From Calditrichaceae bacterium (lineage in GTDB: Bacteria; Calditrichota; Calditrichia; Calditrichales; JBFXGD01), in contig JBFXGD010000021.1 of assembly GCA_050178385.1 (NCBI GenBank), positions 1 to 33,265 of the forward strand: a stretch of DNA of 33,265 nt, in the 5' to 3' direction. Shown here piece after piece: positions 18,389 through 27,266 of this stretch. Made by a program: the position numbers and the translations under genes. How positions within the stretch are numbered: position 1 is the first letter of the stretch; every line of letters begins with the position of its first letter. The notes under the pieces are model-generated. The model did not search any database. It worked only from the letters and a program-made list of their open reading frames with translations, and was not told where the DNA came from.

Positions 18389-19666
18389 ATGATTAAAATG
18401 AAATGGATGTTAATCATCATGGTTTTAATGACAGTGGTCGCGTTTGATTCCCCGCTGCAAGCTCAGGTGGATGAAATACTAGAGCTGGATTCCACTGAAC
18501 AGACCGTAGATAATAATTGTGAACCTGAAAATTTAGATACACCTTATGATAAGTATGCAAACTCTGAGTTTGAAACGAGTGTTCCAATGCTGTATAACTT
18601 CGGAACAGAGCACTTTAAAAATAAAAATTACAGGGAAGCATTGCCTTATTTATGGAAAGTCTTTTTGCATGATGAAGGCAAAAGAGCGCGTTTATCCATA
18701 AGTAAAATAGCGCAAATATATTTTGAAGAACAAAAAGTGGATAGTGTTTTAATATCTTGTTTCAGGGGACTGGAACGTTTTCCGGAATTGATTCTTCTTC
18801 ATTATTATGCAGGCTATATTCAGGATAAGCTAGGCAAATTCAGATGCGCGATTCCTCACTATGAAAAACTGGTTGAAAGTGATTCTACAAATAAAGCTTA
18901 TTTGAAAACCATTGCCTTTCTCTATTATAAAGATGAAGATGAAAGAGCAATAGAAATGCAGGAAAGATTGGTCGCCCTTGATCCGGGTAATGCGGAAGAG
19001 GCAAATTCCCTGGCCCAGTATAATGTATATTTCCATGGAGCCGGAGCCGGACTGGATGCTTATAAGCAGTCCTATTTCAATGATCCGGAAAATGTGGATG
19101 TTGCCTTGAGTTACGGCCGGTCCGCTTTGGAATCTGGAAAATATAAAGAGTCTCTTGAGCCGTTGACCAAAGTAATTGCAAAAAATCCATCGACAAAGGC
19201 GTTGACACTCAGAGCATCTGCCTATGAAAATCTGGGCAGATTTAATGACGCTATTTCTGACTATAAGAAAGTTTTGGAAAAAGAATCAAACAATGCGGAT
19301 GTCATGTTAAATATTTCATTGAATTACCGCTCACTTAACAGTTTCAGCAATGCGAACTACTGGATAAGTAAAGCGCTGAGCGCCAAACCGGGTTATGGTT
19401 TTGCTTATATTATCAGAGGCGAACTATATGAATCTGCCGTCTCCTATTGTCAGAGTCAGAGAGGTGGTAAAGTGAAATATGAGGATAAGCTGGTATATGA
19501 AAAAGCGGATTTAGAATATGATAAAGCAAAGAATGATCCCATCTTCCGTTCAAAGGCGACGACTAAGCAAAACAATTTAAAGCCGTTTCTACCGACAAAA
19601 GAAGATAAATTTATGCACAAAAACGCTAAAATAAATGATGACTGTTTTAGCTGGATCGAGAATTAG
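18389..19666 (+). CDS. Secreted tetratricopeptide repeat protein
   Basis: Signal peptide, multiple TPR repeats (e.g. RASAYENLGRFNDAISDYKKVLEKE). SD GGAGGA. Confidence 0.88.
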   Translation: MIKMKWMLIIMVLMTVVAFDSPLQAQVDEILELDSTEQTVDNNCEPENLDTPYDKYANSEFETSVPMLYNFGTEHFKNKNYREALPYLWKVFLHDEGKRARLSISKIAQIYFEEQKVDSVLISCFRGLERFPELILLHYYAGYIQDKLGKFRCAIPHYEKLVESDSTNKAYLKTIAFLYYKDEDERAIEMQERLVALDPGNAEEANSLAQYNVYFHGAGAGLDAYKQSYFNDPENVDVALSYGRSALESGKYKESLEPLTKVIAKNPSTKALTLRASAYENLGRFNDAISDYKKVLEKESNNADVMLNISLNYRSLNSFSNANYWISKALSAKPGYGFAYIIRGELYESAVSYCQSQRGGKVKYEDKLVYEKADLEYDKAKNDPIFRSKATTKQNNLKPFLPTKEDKFMHKNAKINDDCFSWIEN

Positions 19667-19675
19667 GAGCACAAT

Positions 19676-20116
19676 TTGAAGATAGCAATTGGTTCTGATC
19701 ATGCAGGGTATCTGCTAAAGGAAACGATTAAAAAATTTCTTGGTGACAAGGAAATCGAATTTACGGATTATGGTACCTTCAAAATGGACTCTGTAGATTA
19801 TCCTGAGTATAGTTATAAGGTCGGCCAGGCGGTGGCGTCTGGTGATTGTGATTTGGGTATCCTGATATGCGGAACGGGAATCGGGATGTGTATCACGGCA
19901 AACAAGATTAAGGGTATCCGCGCCGCTCTTGCTTATAATATAGAAACTGCTCAGCTCAGCCGTTTGCATAACGATTCAAATGTTTTGTGTCTCGGCGGAA
20001 GAATGTTAAAAGAAGATGAAGCCCTGGAGATAGTCGATGCCTGGTTTAATACCACATTTGAAGGTGGACGGCATCAATCCAGACTTAACCTGATTTCCCA
20101 ATTAACAGGATTGTAA
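19676..20116 (+). CDS. rpiB: Ribose-5-phosphate isomerase B
   Basis: IGSDHAG, DYP, ICGTGIG, ANK, HNDSNVL, FEGGRH. TTG start with SD AGGAG. Confidence 0.97.
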   Translation: MKIAIGSDHAGYLLKETIKKFLGDKEIEFTDYGTFKMDSVDYPEYSYKVGQAVASGDCDLGILICGTGIGMCITANKIKGIRAALAYNIETAQLSRLHNDSNVLCLGGRMLKEDEALEIVDAWFNTTFEGGRHQSRLNLISQLTGL

Positions 20117-20126
20117 GGGAGTTGTT

Positions 20127-21422
20127 ATGTTAGAAGAACTGAAAAAATCTGATCCCGAAGTGTATGAATCCATCGTTAAAGAACTTGATCGGCAAAATAA
20201 TACTCTTGAAATGATCGCTTCCGAAAATTTCGTTTCGATGGCTGTGTTGGAAGCTAATGGCTCAGTGCTGACTAATAAATACGCAGAAGGATATCCGGGT
20301 AAAAGATATTACGGCGGATGTGAATATGTCGATATCGCAGAAGATCTGGCAAGAGACCGGGCAAAAATGCTGTTTAATTGTGAATATGTAAACGTCCAGC
20401 CGCACTCCGGTTCGCAGGCCAACATGGCGGTTTATTTTACCTATCTTGAACATGGCGATACAATACTGGGTATGGACCTGGCGCATGGCGGGCACCTAAC
20501 GCACGGGTCACCCGTAAATTTTTCGGGGAAAATCTATAATTTTGTCTCATACGGTGTAAAGAAAGAGACCGGATATATTGATATGGCCGTGGTAGCGAAA
20601 CAAGCCCGCGAACATAAGCCGAAGATGATCGTTGTCGGGGCCAGCGCTTATTCAAGACATTATGAATTTGCCAGGTTTAAAGAGATAGCCGATGAAATTG
20701 GCGCTATATTATTTGCAGATGTCGCCCATCCATCGGGATTGATCGCCGCCGGGCTGCATCCAAGTCCAATACCTTTTTGTGATGTTGTAACAACAACCAC
20801 ACACAAGACGCTGCGCGGCCCGCGGGGCGGAATGATTATGGCGGGTAAAGATACCGAAAATAAAATGGGTATTGTGGCTCCAAAGTCCGGCCGGGTGAAA
20901 ATGATGTCGGAAATTATCGACAGCAATGTAATGCCGGGTATTCAGGGCGGGCCCTTAATGCATGTGATCGCCGCAAAAGCGGTTGCGTTTGGAGAAGCCC
21001 TAAAACCGGAATTTAAAACATATGCCGCTCAGATTATAAAAAATGCAAAAACACTCGCGGATAGTCTGATCGAAAAAGGGTATGATATTGTTTCAGGTGG
21101 CACGGATAATCATGTTTTTCTGGTGGATTTAACCAATAAAAACATCACCGGTAAAGCCGCTGAAAATTCCTTACACGCGGCCGGAATTACAGTAAATAAG
21201 AATATGGTTCCGTTTGATACCAGAAGCCCTTTTGTAACCAGCGGAATACGGCTTGGGACAGCAGCCCTTACCACAAAGGGTATGAAAGAGCATGAAATGA
21301 AATTGATTGCGGGATATATAGATAAAGTATTGACTAATATTGATGATGAACAGGTTTACAGCGAAATAAACGGCAACATTAAAGATCTGAACCGTCATTT
21401 TCAGTTATATAAAATTGATTAA
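20127..21422 (+). CDS. glyA: Serine hydroxymethyltransferase
   Basis: [47 protein letters not shown]. Confidence 0.99.
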   Translation: MLEELKKSDPEVYESIVKELDRQNNTLEMIASENFVSMAVLEANGSVLTNKYAEGYPGKRYYGGCEYVDIAEDLARDRAKMLFNCEYVNVQPHSGSQANMAVYFTYLEHGDTILGMDLAHGGHLTHGSPVNFSGKIYNFVSYGVKKETGYIDMAVVAKQAREHKPKMIVVGASAYSRHYEFARFKEIADEIGAILFADVAHPSGLIAAGLHPSPIPFCDVVTTTTHKTLRGPRGGMIMAGKDTENKMGIVAPKSGRVKMMSEIIDSNVMPGIQGGPLMHVIAAKAVAFGEALKPEFKTYAAQIIKNAKTLADSLIEKGYDIVSGGTDNHVFLVDLTNKNITGKAAENSLHAAGITVNKNMVPFDTRSPFVTSGIRLGTAALTTKGMKEHEMKLIAGYIDKVLTNIDDEQVYSEINGNIKDLNRHFQLYKID

Positions 21423-21471
21423 TCATAAAATTATAAACATCTGTTTGATTTGAGCATAAAGTAGACGGATT

Positions 21472-22203
21472 ATGAGAGAAGTTGAGATGCACTTCCTGGA
21501 TCACCTGGAAGAACTTCGGTGGCGAATAATAAAAGCGCTCGTATCCGTATTTATATTAACTATAATCTGTTTTGCGTTTTCTGATCAGATCTTAAAGCTG
21601 CTGCTGATTCCAACCGAGAATTTAACTTATAAAGTTAATCTGCAAGTCCTGAAAGTGCAGACAATTTTTGTAATCAAACTGGAATTGGCACTAATAGCAG
21701 GGATTATCATAAGCCTGCCGGTTATATTTTATCAAATCTGGGCATTTATCGCGCCGGGTCTTCTTGATCGCGAGAGAAAGTACATCATACCTGTTATAAC
21801 TTTTGCAACACTCAGCTTTCTTGCCGGCAGCGCGTTTGCCTATTATATCATCGTTCCATATTCACTGGAATTTTTTCTCAGTCTTGCCCCGCCGTCAATC
21901 ACAAACAATATTGCCATAGATTTTTATTTTGGATATGTCATCAGAATCATTCTCGTTTTTGGTGTAGTGTTTGAGTTACCGGTTGTCAGTTTGTTGCTGA
22001 CAAAAATTGGGCTGATCACTCCGTCGATGCTAAGAAAATACAGAAGTTATGCAATTGTTATTATCTTTATTGCCGCCGCGATTCTAACCCCGCCCGATCC
22101 CACTACACAAATTCTGCTGGCTGTGCCTCTTGTTATACTTTATGAAATTACCATCATTGTCAGTCATTTCTTTGTCCGGAAAGACAAAAAATCCGCATCA
22201 TAG
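21472..22203 (+). CDS. tatC: Twin-arginine translocase subunit TatC
   Basis: MHFLDHLEELRWRI, YQIWAFIAPGL, FELP, AAILTPPDP, LYEI. Confidence 0.97.
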   Translation: MREVEMHFLDHLEELRWRIIKALVSVFILTIICFAFSDQILKLLLIPTENLTYKVNLQVLKVQTIFVIKLELALIAGIIISLPVIFYQIWAFIAPGLLDRERKYIIPVITFATLSFLAGSAFAYYIIVPYSLEFFLSLAPPSITNNIAIDFYFGYVIRIILVFGVVFELPVVSLLLTKIGLITPSMLRKYRSYAIVIIFIAAAILTPPDPTTQILLAVPLVILYEITIIVSHFFVRKDKKSAS

Positions 22204-22217
22204 TTCAATATATAATG

Positions 22218-22249
22218 TTGATTAACTTGGTATTAATGTTTACATTAAT
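22218..22249 (+). promoter_or_regulatory. Candidate sigma70 promoter with overlapping inverted repeat
   Basis: TTGATT-N17-TACATT. The palindrome ATTAATGT-TT-ACATTAAT (22232-22249) covers the -10. Confidence 0.45.
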
Positions 22250-22258
22250 TTCTTTTTT

Positions 22259-23272
22259 ATGATTATGGAAAATAGTTTAATCAAGGACAAAAGAGATAAA
22301 TTGAATTTAAGCGCGATAAAAAAGCCTTTTAAAAAAGAATTAAATGAATACGATATTACCTTCAATAAAATCATGTCATCAGACATCAAGCTGATTGATT
22401 CTGTTGTAAAATATATTGTCCGTCACAAGGGTAAAAATCTTCGTCCGCTGCTGGTGTTGATGTCCGCTAAATTAGTCGGAACAACCAATGAAAACACCTA
22501 CATCGTGGCATCTATTGTTGAAATGCTTCATTCAGCATCCTTAATACATGATGATGTAGTCGATGATTCAGATATGCGAAGAAGTTTTCCGTCAATAAAC
22601 GCGATATGGAAAAATAAAATAGCGGTTCTAATTGGTGATTATCTTTTATCAAAATGTTTAATAGGCGCGACCATGTCCGGTAAACTGGAAGTAATGAATA
22701 TTTTAGCTCATGCGTCGAAGAGGCTTAGTAAGGGAGAGTTGCTGCAGATTGAAAAGTCGCTGAAAATGAACATTACGGAAGAAGACTACTTTAAAATGAT
22801 TTCTGACAAAACCGCCGCGCTCATAAGCGCCGCGGCGGAGTTAGGCGCTATAACTACGTCATCCAACGAGAAAGACCATGAAAACCTCAGGAATTTTGGT
22901 GAATACCTGGGCATCGCATTTCAGATCAAAGATGATTTACTTGACTACTACGGGCATCAAAGTATATTGGGAAAGCCGGTCGGTAATGACTTCAAAGACA
23001 AAAAAATTACTTTGCCGCTAATACATGCATTTCAGAATGCAAAAGACGGTGAAATCAAGAAGATAAAAAAAGCCTTAAAGAAAGGCGTAAGCAAGAATGA
23101 TGTAAAGGAAATTATCGAATTCGCCGAAAAGAACGGCGGAATCGATTATGCAAAGAAAAAACAAAATGAATACGCTCAGAAGGCTAAAGATTGTCTGGAA
23201 GAATATCCCGAATCTGATTTAAAGTCGGCAATGTGGCATTTTGTGGACTATGTTATTGAGAGAAAAATGTAA
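22259..23272 (+). CDS. Polyprenyl diphosphate synthase (IspB-like)
   Basis: GKNLRP, HDDVVD..RR (FARM), KTA, FQIKDDLLD (SARM), GKPVGND. Exact start uncertain. Confidence 0.95.
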   Translation: MIMENSLIKDKRDKLNLSAIKKPFKKELNEYDITFNKIMSSDIKLIDSVVKYIVRHKGKNLRPLLVLMSAKLVGTTNENTYIVASIVEMLHSASLIHDDVVDDSDMRRSFPSINAIWKNKIAVLIGDYLLSKCLIGATMSGKLEVMNILAHASKRLSKGELLQIEKSLKMNITEEDYFKMISDKTAALISAAAELGAITTSSNEKDHENLRNFGEYLGIAFQIKDDLLDYYGHQSILGKPVGNDFKDKKITLPLIHAFQNAKDGEIKKIKKALKKGVSKNDVKEIIEFAEKNGGIDYAKKKQNEYAQKAKDCLEEYPESDLKSAMWHFVDYVIERKM

Positions 23273-23277
23273 GAAAG

Positions 23278-24309
23278 ATGGACGATAATTCTCCAAAAAT
23301 ATTAATAATTCGGCTAAGTTCCATCGGCGATGTATTATTAACCACTCCATTTATCAGACAAACCCGCATCAAATTTCCAACGGCCCGGATAGACTTTGCG
23401 GTTAAAAAGGAATTTGAGGACCTGATAAGGTACAATCCGCATATTAACGATGTTTACACCTTTGATAAATACAATAAAAATAAGGAATTAAAATCTCTCC
23501 AAAAGCAATTTAAAGCTGTTGATTACAACTATATATTTGATCTGCACAATAACTTCCGGTCAAAATTTCTGTTAAAAGCAGGGACCAATGCCCAAAAAGC
23601 CCATATCCGTAAAGACAAATTGAAACGCGCGCTTCTGGTTTACACTAAAATAAATCTATATAGCGAAGTCAAACCTATTCCGCTGAGGTATCTGGATGTC
23701 GGAAAAATAGCAGAGATAGAAAATGATTTTCAGGGGCTTGAAATTTTCTGGAAAAATGAGATTGAAGAGAAAGTTGACAGGATCCTGAAGGAAAAAGGTG
23801 TGGCGGGTGATAGTGTCGTTATTGCCCCGGGCGCCGGATTTTTTACAAAACAATGGCCGATGGAATATTTTAAAGAGTTGACCGGGCTTTTTGTAGAAAA
23901 ACGTGATGAGAATATCATTATACTCGGCGGGAAAAATGAAATTGGCAGGTTTGATTCACTTGAAATTTCAGAAAAGGTGATTAATTTAACCGGAAAACTA
24001 AGTTTGCTGGAATCTGCCGCGGTATTATCGAGATCAAGGGCTGTTGTATCAAATGATTCCGGATTGATGCATATGGCGTCTGCCGTAAAAACGCCCGTTG
24101 TCGCAATATTTGGTTCGACCGTTAAAGAACTGGGATTCTTCCCATACAGAAGCAATTCGATAATAATTGAAAACAGGAATTTGAAATGCCGCCCATGTTC
24201 TCATATAGGAAGAAAGAAGTGTCCGCGGGGTCATTTTAAGTGCATGCGTGATATAAAACCCGAGCTGGTATTTAAAAATGTGCAATCAGTTTTGACGGGG
24301 AAGTTATAA
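23278..24309 (+). CDS. Glycosyltransferase family 9, LPS heptosyltransferase (WaaF-like)
   Basis: IIRLSSIGDVLLTTP, APGA...KQWP, NLTGKLSL, NDSGLMHMA, IFGST. Confidence 0.92.
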   Translation: MDDNSPKILIIRLSSIGDVLLTTPFIRQTRIKFPTARIDFAVKKEFEDLIRYNPHINDVYTFDKYNKNKELKSLQKQFKAVDYNYIFDLHNNFRSKFLLKAGTNAQKAHIRKDKLKRALLVYTKINLYSEVKPIPLRYLDVGKIAEIENDFQGLEIFWKNEIEEKVDRILKEKGVAGDSVVIAPGAGFFTKQWPMEYFKELTGLFVEKRDENIIILGGKNEIGRFDSLEISEKVINLTGKLSLLESAAVLSRSRAVVSNDSGLMHMASAVKTPVVAIFGSTVKELGFFPYRSNSIIIENRNLKCRPCSHIGRKKCPRGHFKCMRDIKPELVFKNVQSVLTGKL

Positions 24310-24312
24310 AAT

Positions 24313-25602
24313 ATGAAATGGGTAATGGGATTAGTATATACATACCTCGTTTTTCCGTGCATTCTGTTAATCGCAAAGACAGTAAGCCTGTTCAACAGCG
24401 ATATCAGAAAAGCTCTGAATCTGAGATATTGTGTTTTTGACGAACTGCGACGAATAAAAAATAAAATACCCCATCAAAATAAAATAGTTCTGCTGCATGC
24501 CGCTTCGATGGGTGAATTTGAACACGTAAAGCCATTAATAACAAAGATAAAATCGACATATAACACGTCAATAATTGTGACATTTTTTTCACCGTCCGCG
24601 TATGAAAACGTCAAACAGTATCCCGGTGTAGAGTTGTTTATTTATCTGCCTCTGGATAAGCGGTCAAACTGGCAAAAATTTTATGATATTTTAAAACCCG
24701 ATCTGATCATTATTTCAAAACATGATGTCTGGCCTAATCAAATATGGATGGCCGAGAAATACAGAATACCAATATTTCTCGTCAATGCTTCTTTGTCGAG
24801 GAATTCAAGCCGAACACGGTTCTGGATACGTTATTTCCTGAAATATGTGTATCGGTCGTTTGATCACATTTTTGCCATAAGCACTCAGGACATGGAAAGA
24901 TTCGCCAAATACTTTCCGCTTTGCCGCGTTTCAAAGATGGGAGATACAAAATTTGATCAGGTGCTGATCCGGAAAGACGAGGCGGCCTCAAAACATTTAA
25001 TTCCCGGACAGTGGACGGAAAACAATTTGATCATTCTCCTGGGAAGCATTTGGCCGGAGGATTCTGAACATATTCTGCCCGTTATCAGCACGATTTTAGA
25101 AAAAAAAGCCAATGTAAAGGTAATTATCGTTCCGCACCAGCCGTCGAATCACTTTATTGAGTCATTAAACGCCGGTATGCAGAAGTTCGATCCTGTACTT
25201 TTTACGGATCGCAGCCATCTTCGGGAATCACGTTTGTTGATAATTGATGTAGTCGGTGTGTTGGCGGATCTTTACAAATACGCGGATATCGCCTATGTGG
25301 GAGGCAGTTTTAAACAGGGGATCCATAATGTGATGGAACCGGCGATTTACAAGATACCGGTTCTTTACGGACCGGTTCATAAAAACTCATTCGAAGCAAT
25401 TAATTTGCATAAGGCCGGCGGCAGTGTTCTTTTGAATAATGAAAAAGATGGCCTGGCAATTTTGGAAGATTTAATAGGGAATGAAAATAAACGCGTTGAA
25501 ATTGGCAATATGGCGTATAAATTCGCCGTGGAAAATCTCGGCGCTACCGATAGAATTGTGAGAGAATGGGTTGATTATTTGTCTCAAACCGACCGCGGAT
25601 AG
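24313..25602 (+). CDS. waaA: 3-deoxy-D-manno-octulosonic acid (Kdo) transferase
   Basis: HAASMGEFE, TFFSPS, YLPLD, WPN, GDTKFD, AYVGGSF, HNVMEPA. Confidence 0.93.
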   Translation: MKWVMGLVYTYLVFPCILLIAKTVSLFNSDIRKALNLRYCVFDELRRIKNKIPHQNKIVLLHAASMGEFEHVKPLITKIKSTYNTSIIVTFFSPSAYENVKQYPGVELFIYLPLDKRSNWQKFYDILKPDLIIISKHDVWPNQIWMAEKYRIPIFLVNASLSRNSSRTRFWIRYFLKYVYRSFDHIFAISTQDMERFAKYFPLCRVSKMGDTKFDQVLIRKDEAASKHLIPGQWTENNLIILLGSIWPEDSEHILPVISTILEKKANVKVIIVPHQPSNHFIESLNAGMQKFDPVLFTDRSHLRESRLLIIDVVGVLADLYKYADIAYVGGSFKQGIHNVMEPAIYKIPVLYGPVHKNSFEAINLHKAGGSVLLNNEKDGLAILEDLIGNENKRVEIGNMAYKFAVENLGATDRIVREWVDYLSQTDRG

Positions 25603-25623
25603 ATTAATTTTTTTACAAAAATC

Positions 25624-25657
25624 AAAAAAGCCCGATATCAAATACCGGGCTTTTTTT
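25624..25657. terminator. Bidirectional rho-independent terminator
   Basis: AAAAAAGCCCG-loop-CGGGCTTTTTTT between the convergent waaA and aminotransferase genes. Confidence 0.88.
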
Positions 25658-25670
25658 ATAAACAGATAAT

Positions 25671-26870
25671 TTAGGATACTCTTCCGGGATATGCTTTTAA
25701 TCCTTCGGAGAGAATAAACATGGCCCGTTTTATATCCGGGACATTCAACACATAGGCGATCCGAACTTCATTTTTCCCAAGACCGGGAGTGGAGTAAAAA
25801 CCGTTGGCGGGAGCAATCATAACGGTTTCATTGTCAATATTAAAGTCGGTCAGCATCCAGCGGGCAAAATTATCGGCATCATCAACCGGCAGTTTTACCA
25901 CCAGATAGAACGCTCCCTTGGGCATGGGCGCGATCACACCCGGCATGGCTCTCAGTGCTTTAACCATTGTGTCCCGGCGGTCCTTGTATTCGGAAATAAC
26001 GTTGTCAAAATACTCATTAGGCGTATCGATACCCGATTCAGCGCCTAATTGTTCAATCGTCGGAGGGCATAAGCGCGCCATTCCAAATTTCAATGCGGCT
26101 TCAATGATCTGACTGTTTTTTGTGACAATCATGCCGATCCGCGCGCCACAGGCAGAATACCTTTTTGATACGCTGTCCAGCATGATCGCTCTGTCTTCGA
26201 TATCGGGTAAATGCATAACCGATGTATGGGTCTCGCCATCATAAAGAAATTCCCGGTAAACCTCATCCGATAGCAGATAAAGATCATGTTTCTTTACGAT
26301 CTCTTTTAAGGCATACAGTTCCTTTTCGGAATAAACATATCCTGTGGGATTATTGGGATTACAGATTAAAATAGCTCTGGTTTTATCGGTAATCTTTTCG
26401 GCGATGGATTGAATAGAGGGTAACTGGAAATCATTTTCAATGTTGGATGTGATCGGTACAATCCGGACTCCGGCTTCAACCGCGAAACCATTGTAATTGG
26501 TATAAAACGGTTCGGGAATAATGATTTCGTCTCCAGGATCCGCAATGGCCATCAGAGTGAAAATAATTGCTTCACTGCCTCCGGTTGTTATCAGAATATC
26601 ATTCATATCGACATTAATATTAAATTTGCGATAGTACTCTGTCATTTTAATTCTGAGTGATGTTAAACCTGCCGAAGGCCCATAAGATAAAACGGGCATA
26701 TTTAGATTTTTTATCGGATTCATAAACGAGTCGGGAGTTTTAATATCCGGTTGCCCGATATTCAAATAATAAACATGCTTTCCCTTTGCCACGGCCTGAT
26801 CCGCGAAGGGAACAAGTTTACGAATGGGAGAAGATGGCATCAAGTTGCCGCGATTAGATAATATTTTCAT
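25671..26870 (-). CDS. PLP-dependent aminotransferase class I/II (aspartate aminotransferase-like)
   Basis: LNIGQPD, GGSEAI, NPNNPTG, SDEVY, SVSKRYSACGARIG (PLP lysine), GAFY. Confidence 0.95.
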   Translation of the reverse strand: MKILSNRGNLMPSSPIRKLVPFADQAVAKGKHVYYLNIGQPDIKTPDSFMNPIKNLNMPVLSYGPSAGLTSLRIKMTEYYRKFNINVDMNDILITTGGSEAIIFTLMAIADPGDEIIIPEPFYTNYNGFAVEAGVRIVPITSNIENDFQLPSIQSIAEKITDKTRAILICNPNNPTGYVYSEKELYALKEIVKKHDLYLLSDEVYREFLYDGETHTSVMHLPDIEDRAIMLDSVSKRYSACGARIGMIVTKNSQIIEAALKFGMARLCPPTIEQLGAESGIDTPNEYFDNVISEYKDRRDTMVKALRAMPGVIAPMPKGAFYLVVKLPVDDADNFARWMLTDFNIDNETVMIAPANGFYSTPGLGKNEVRIAYVLNVPDIKRAMFILSEGLKAYPGRVS

Positions 26871-27164
26871 TTTGTATTTATCCCTGAATTTTTATTTTGT
26901 TCTATAATATAATATAGATAAAAAATATATTGATTGTTAAATAAAAAAAAGGATTAATCTGTTGGTAAACAGCTAAAAAAAAATAAAGAGAAGTTGTGAA
27001 AATGGGTTTAAATGTCTAAATTGTGGGACTTCCTAAAATTAGGAAAAACAATAACATTTCACTTGAGCGATAAGAAATATAAAAACCGGATTAGCGAATT
27101 AATAATCACTTTAATTCTAAAATAAATAAAGGCTTACGAGAAGAGTAGCTATGAATCGAGAAAA

Positions 27165-27180
27165 TGGCATATAATTTGTA
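27165..27180 (+). promoter_or_regulatory. Candidate sigma54 (-24/-12) promoter upstream of PFOR
   Basis: TGGCATATAATTTGTA gives GG-N10-GT with TT before the G. The invariant -12 C is replaced by T. Confidence 0.4.
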
Positions 27181-27266
27181 ACAAATATTGATTCTAAACA
27201 TATCTTTTCAATTCAAAAAACAGGGTTAAAACATAAACCTTCACCGCACAACAGAAGGAGTTGAAC

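Noticed and set aside
26871..27266. Possible oriC, riboswitch, or FNR/Rex boxes in the long intergenic region
   Set aside because: No DnaA-box cluster, no recognisable riboswitch, and only half-matches (TTGAT, TTGTGAA) to FNR/Rex sites.
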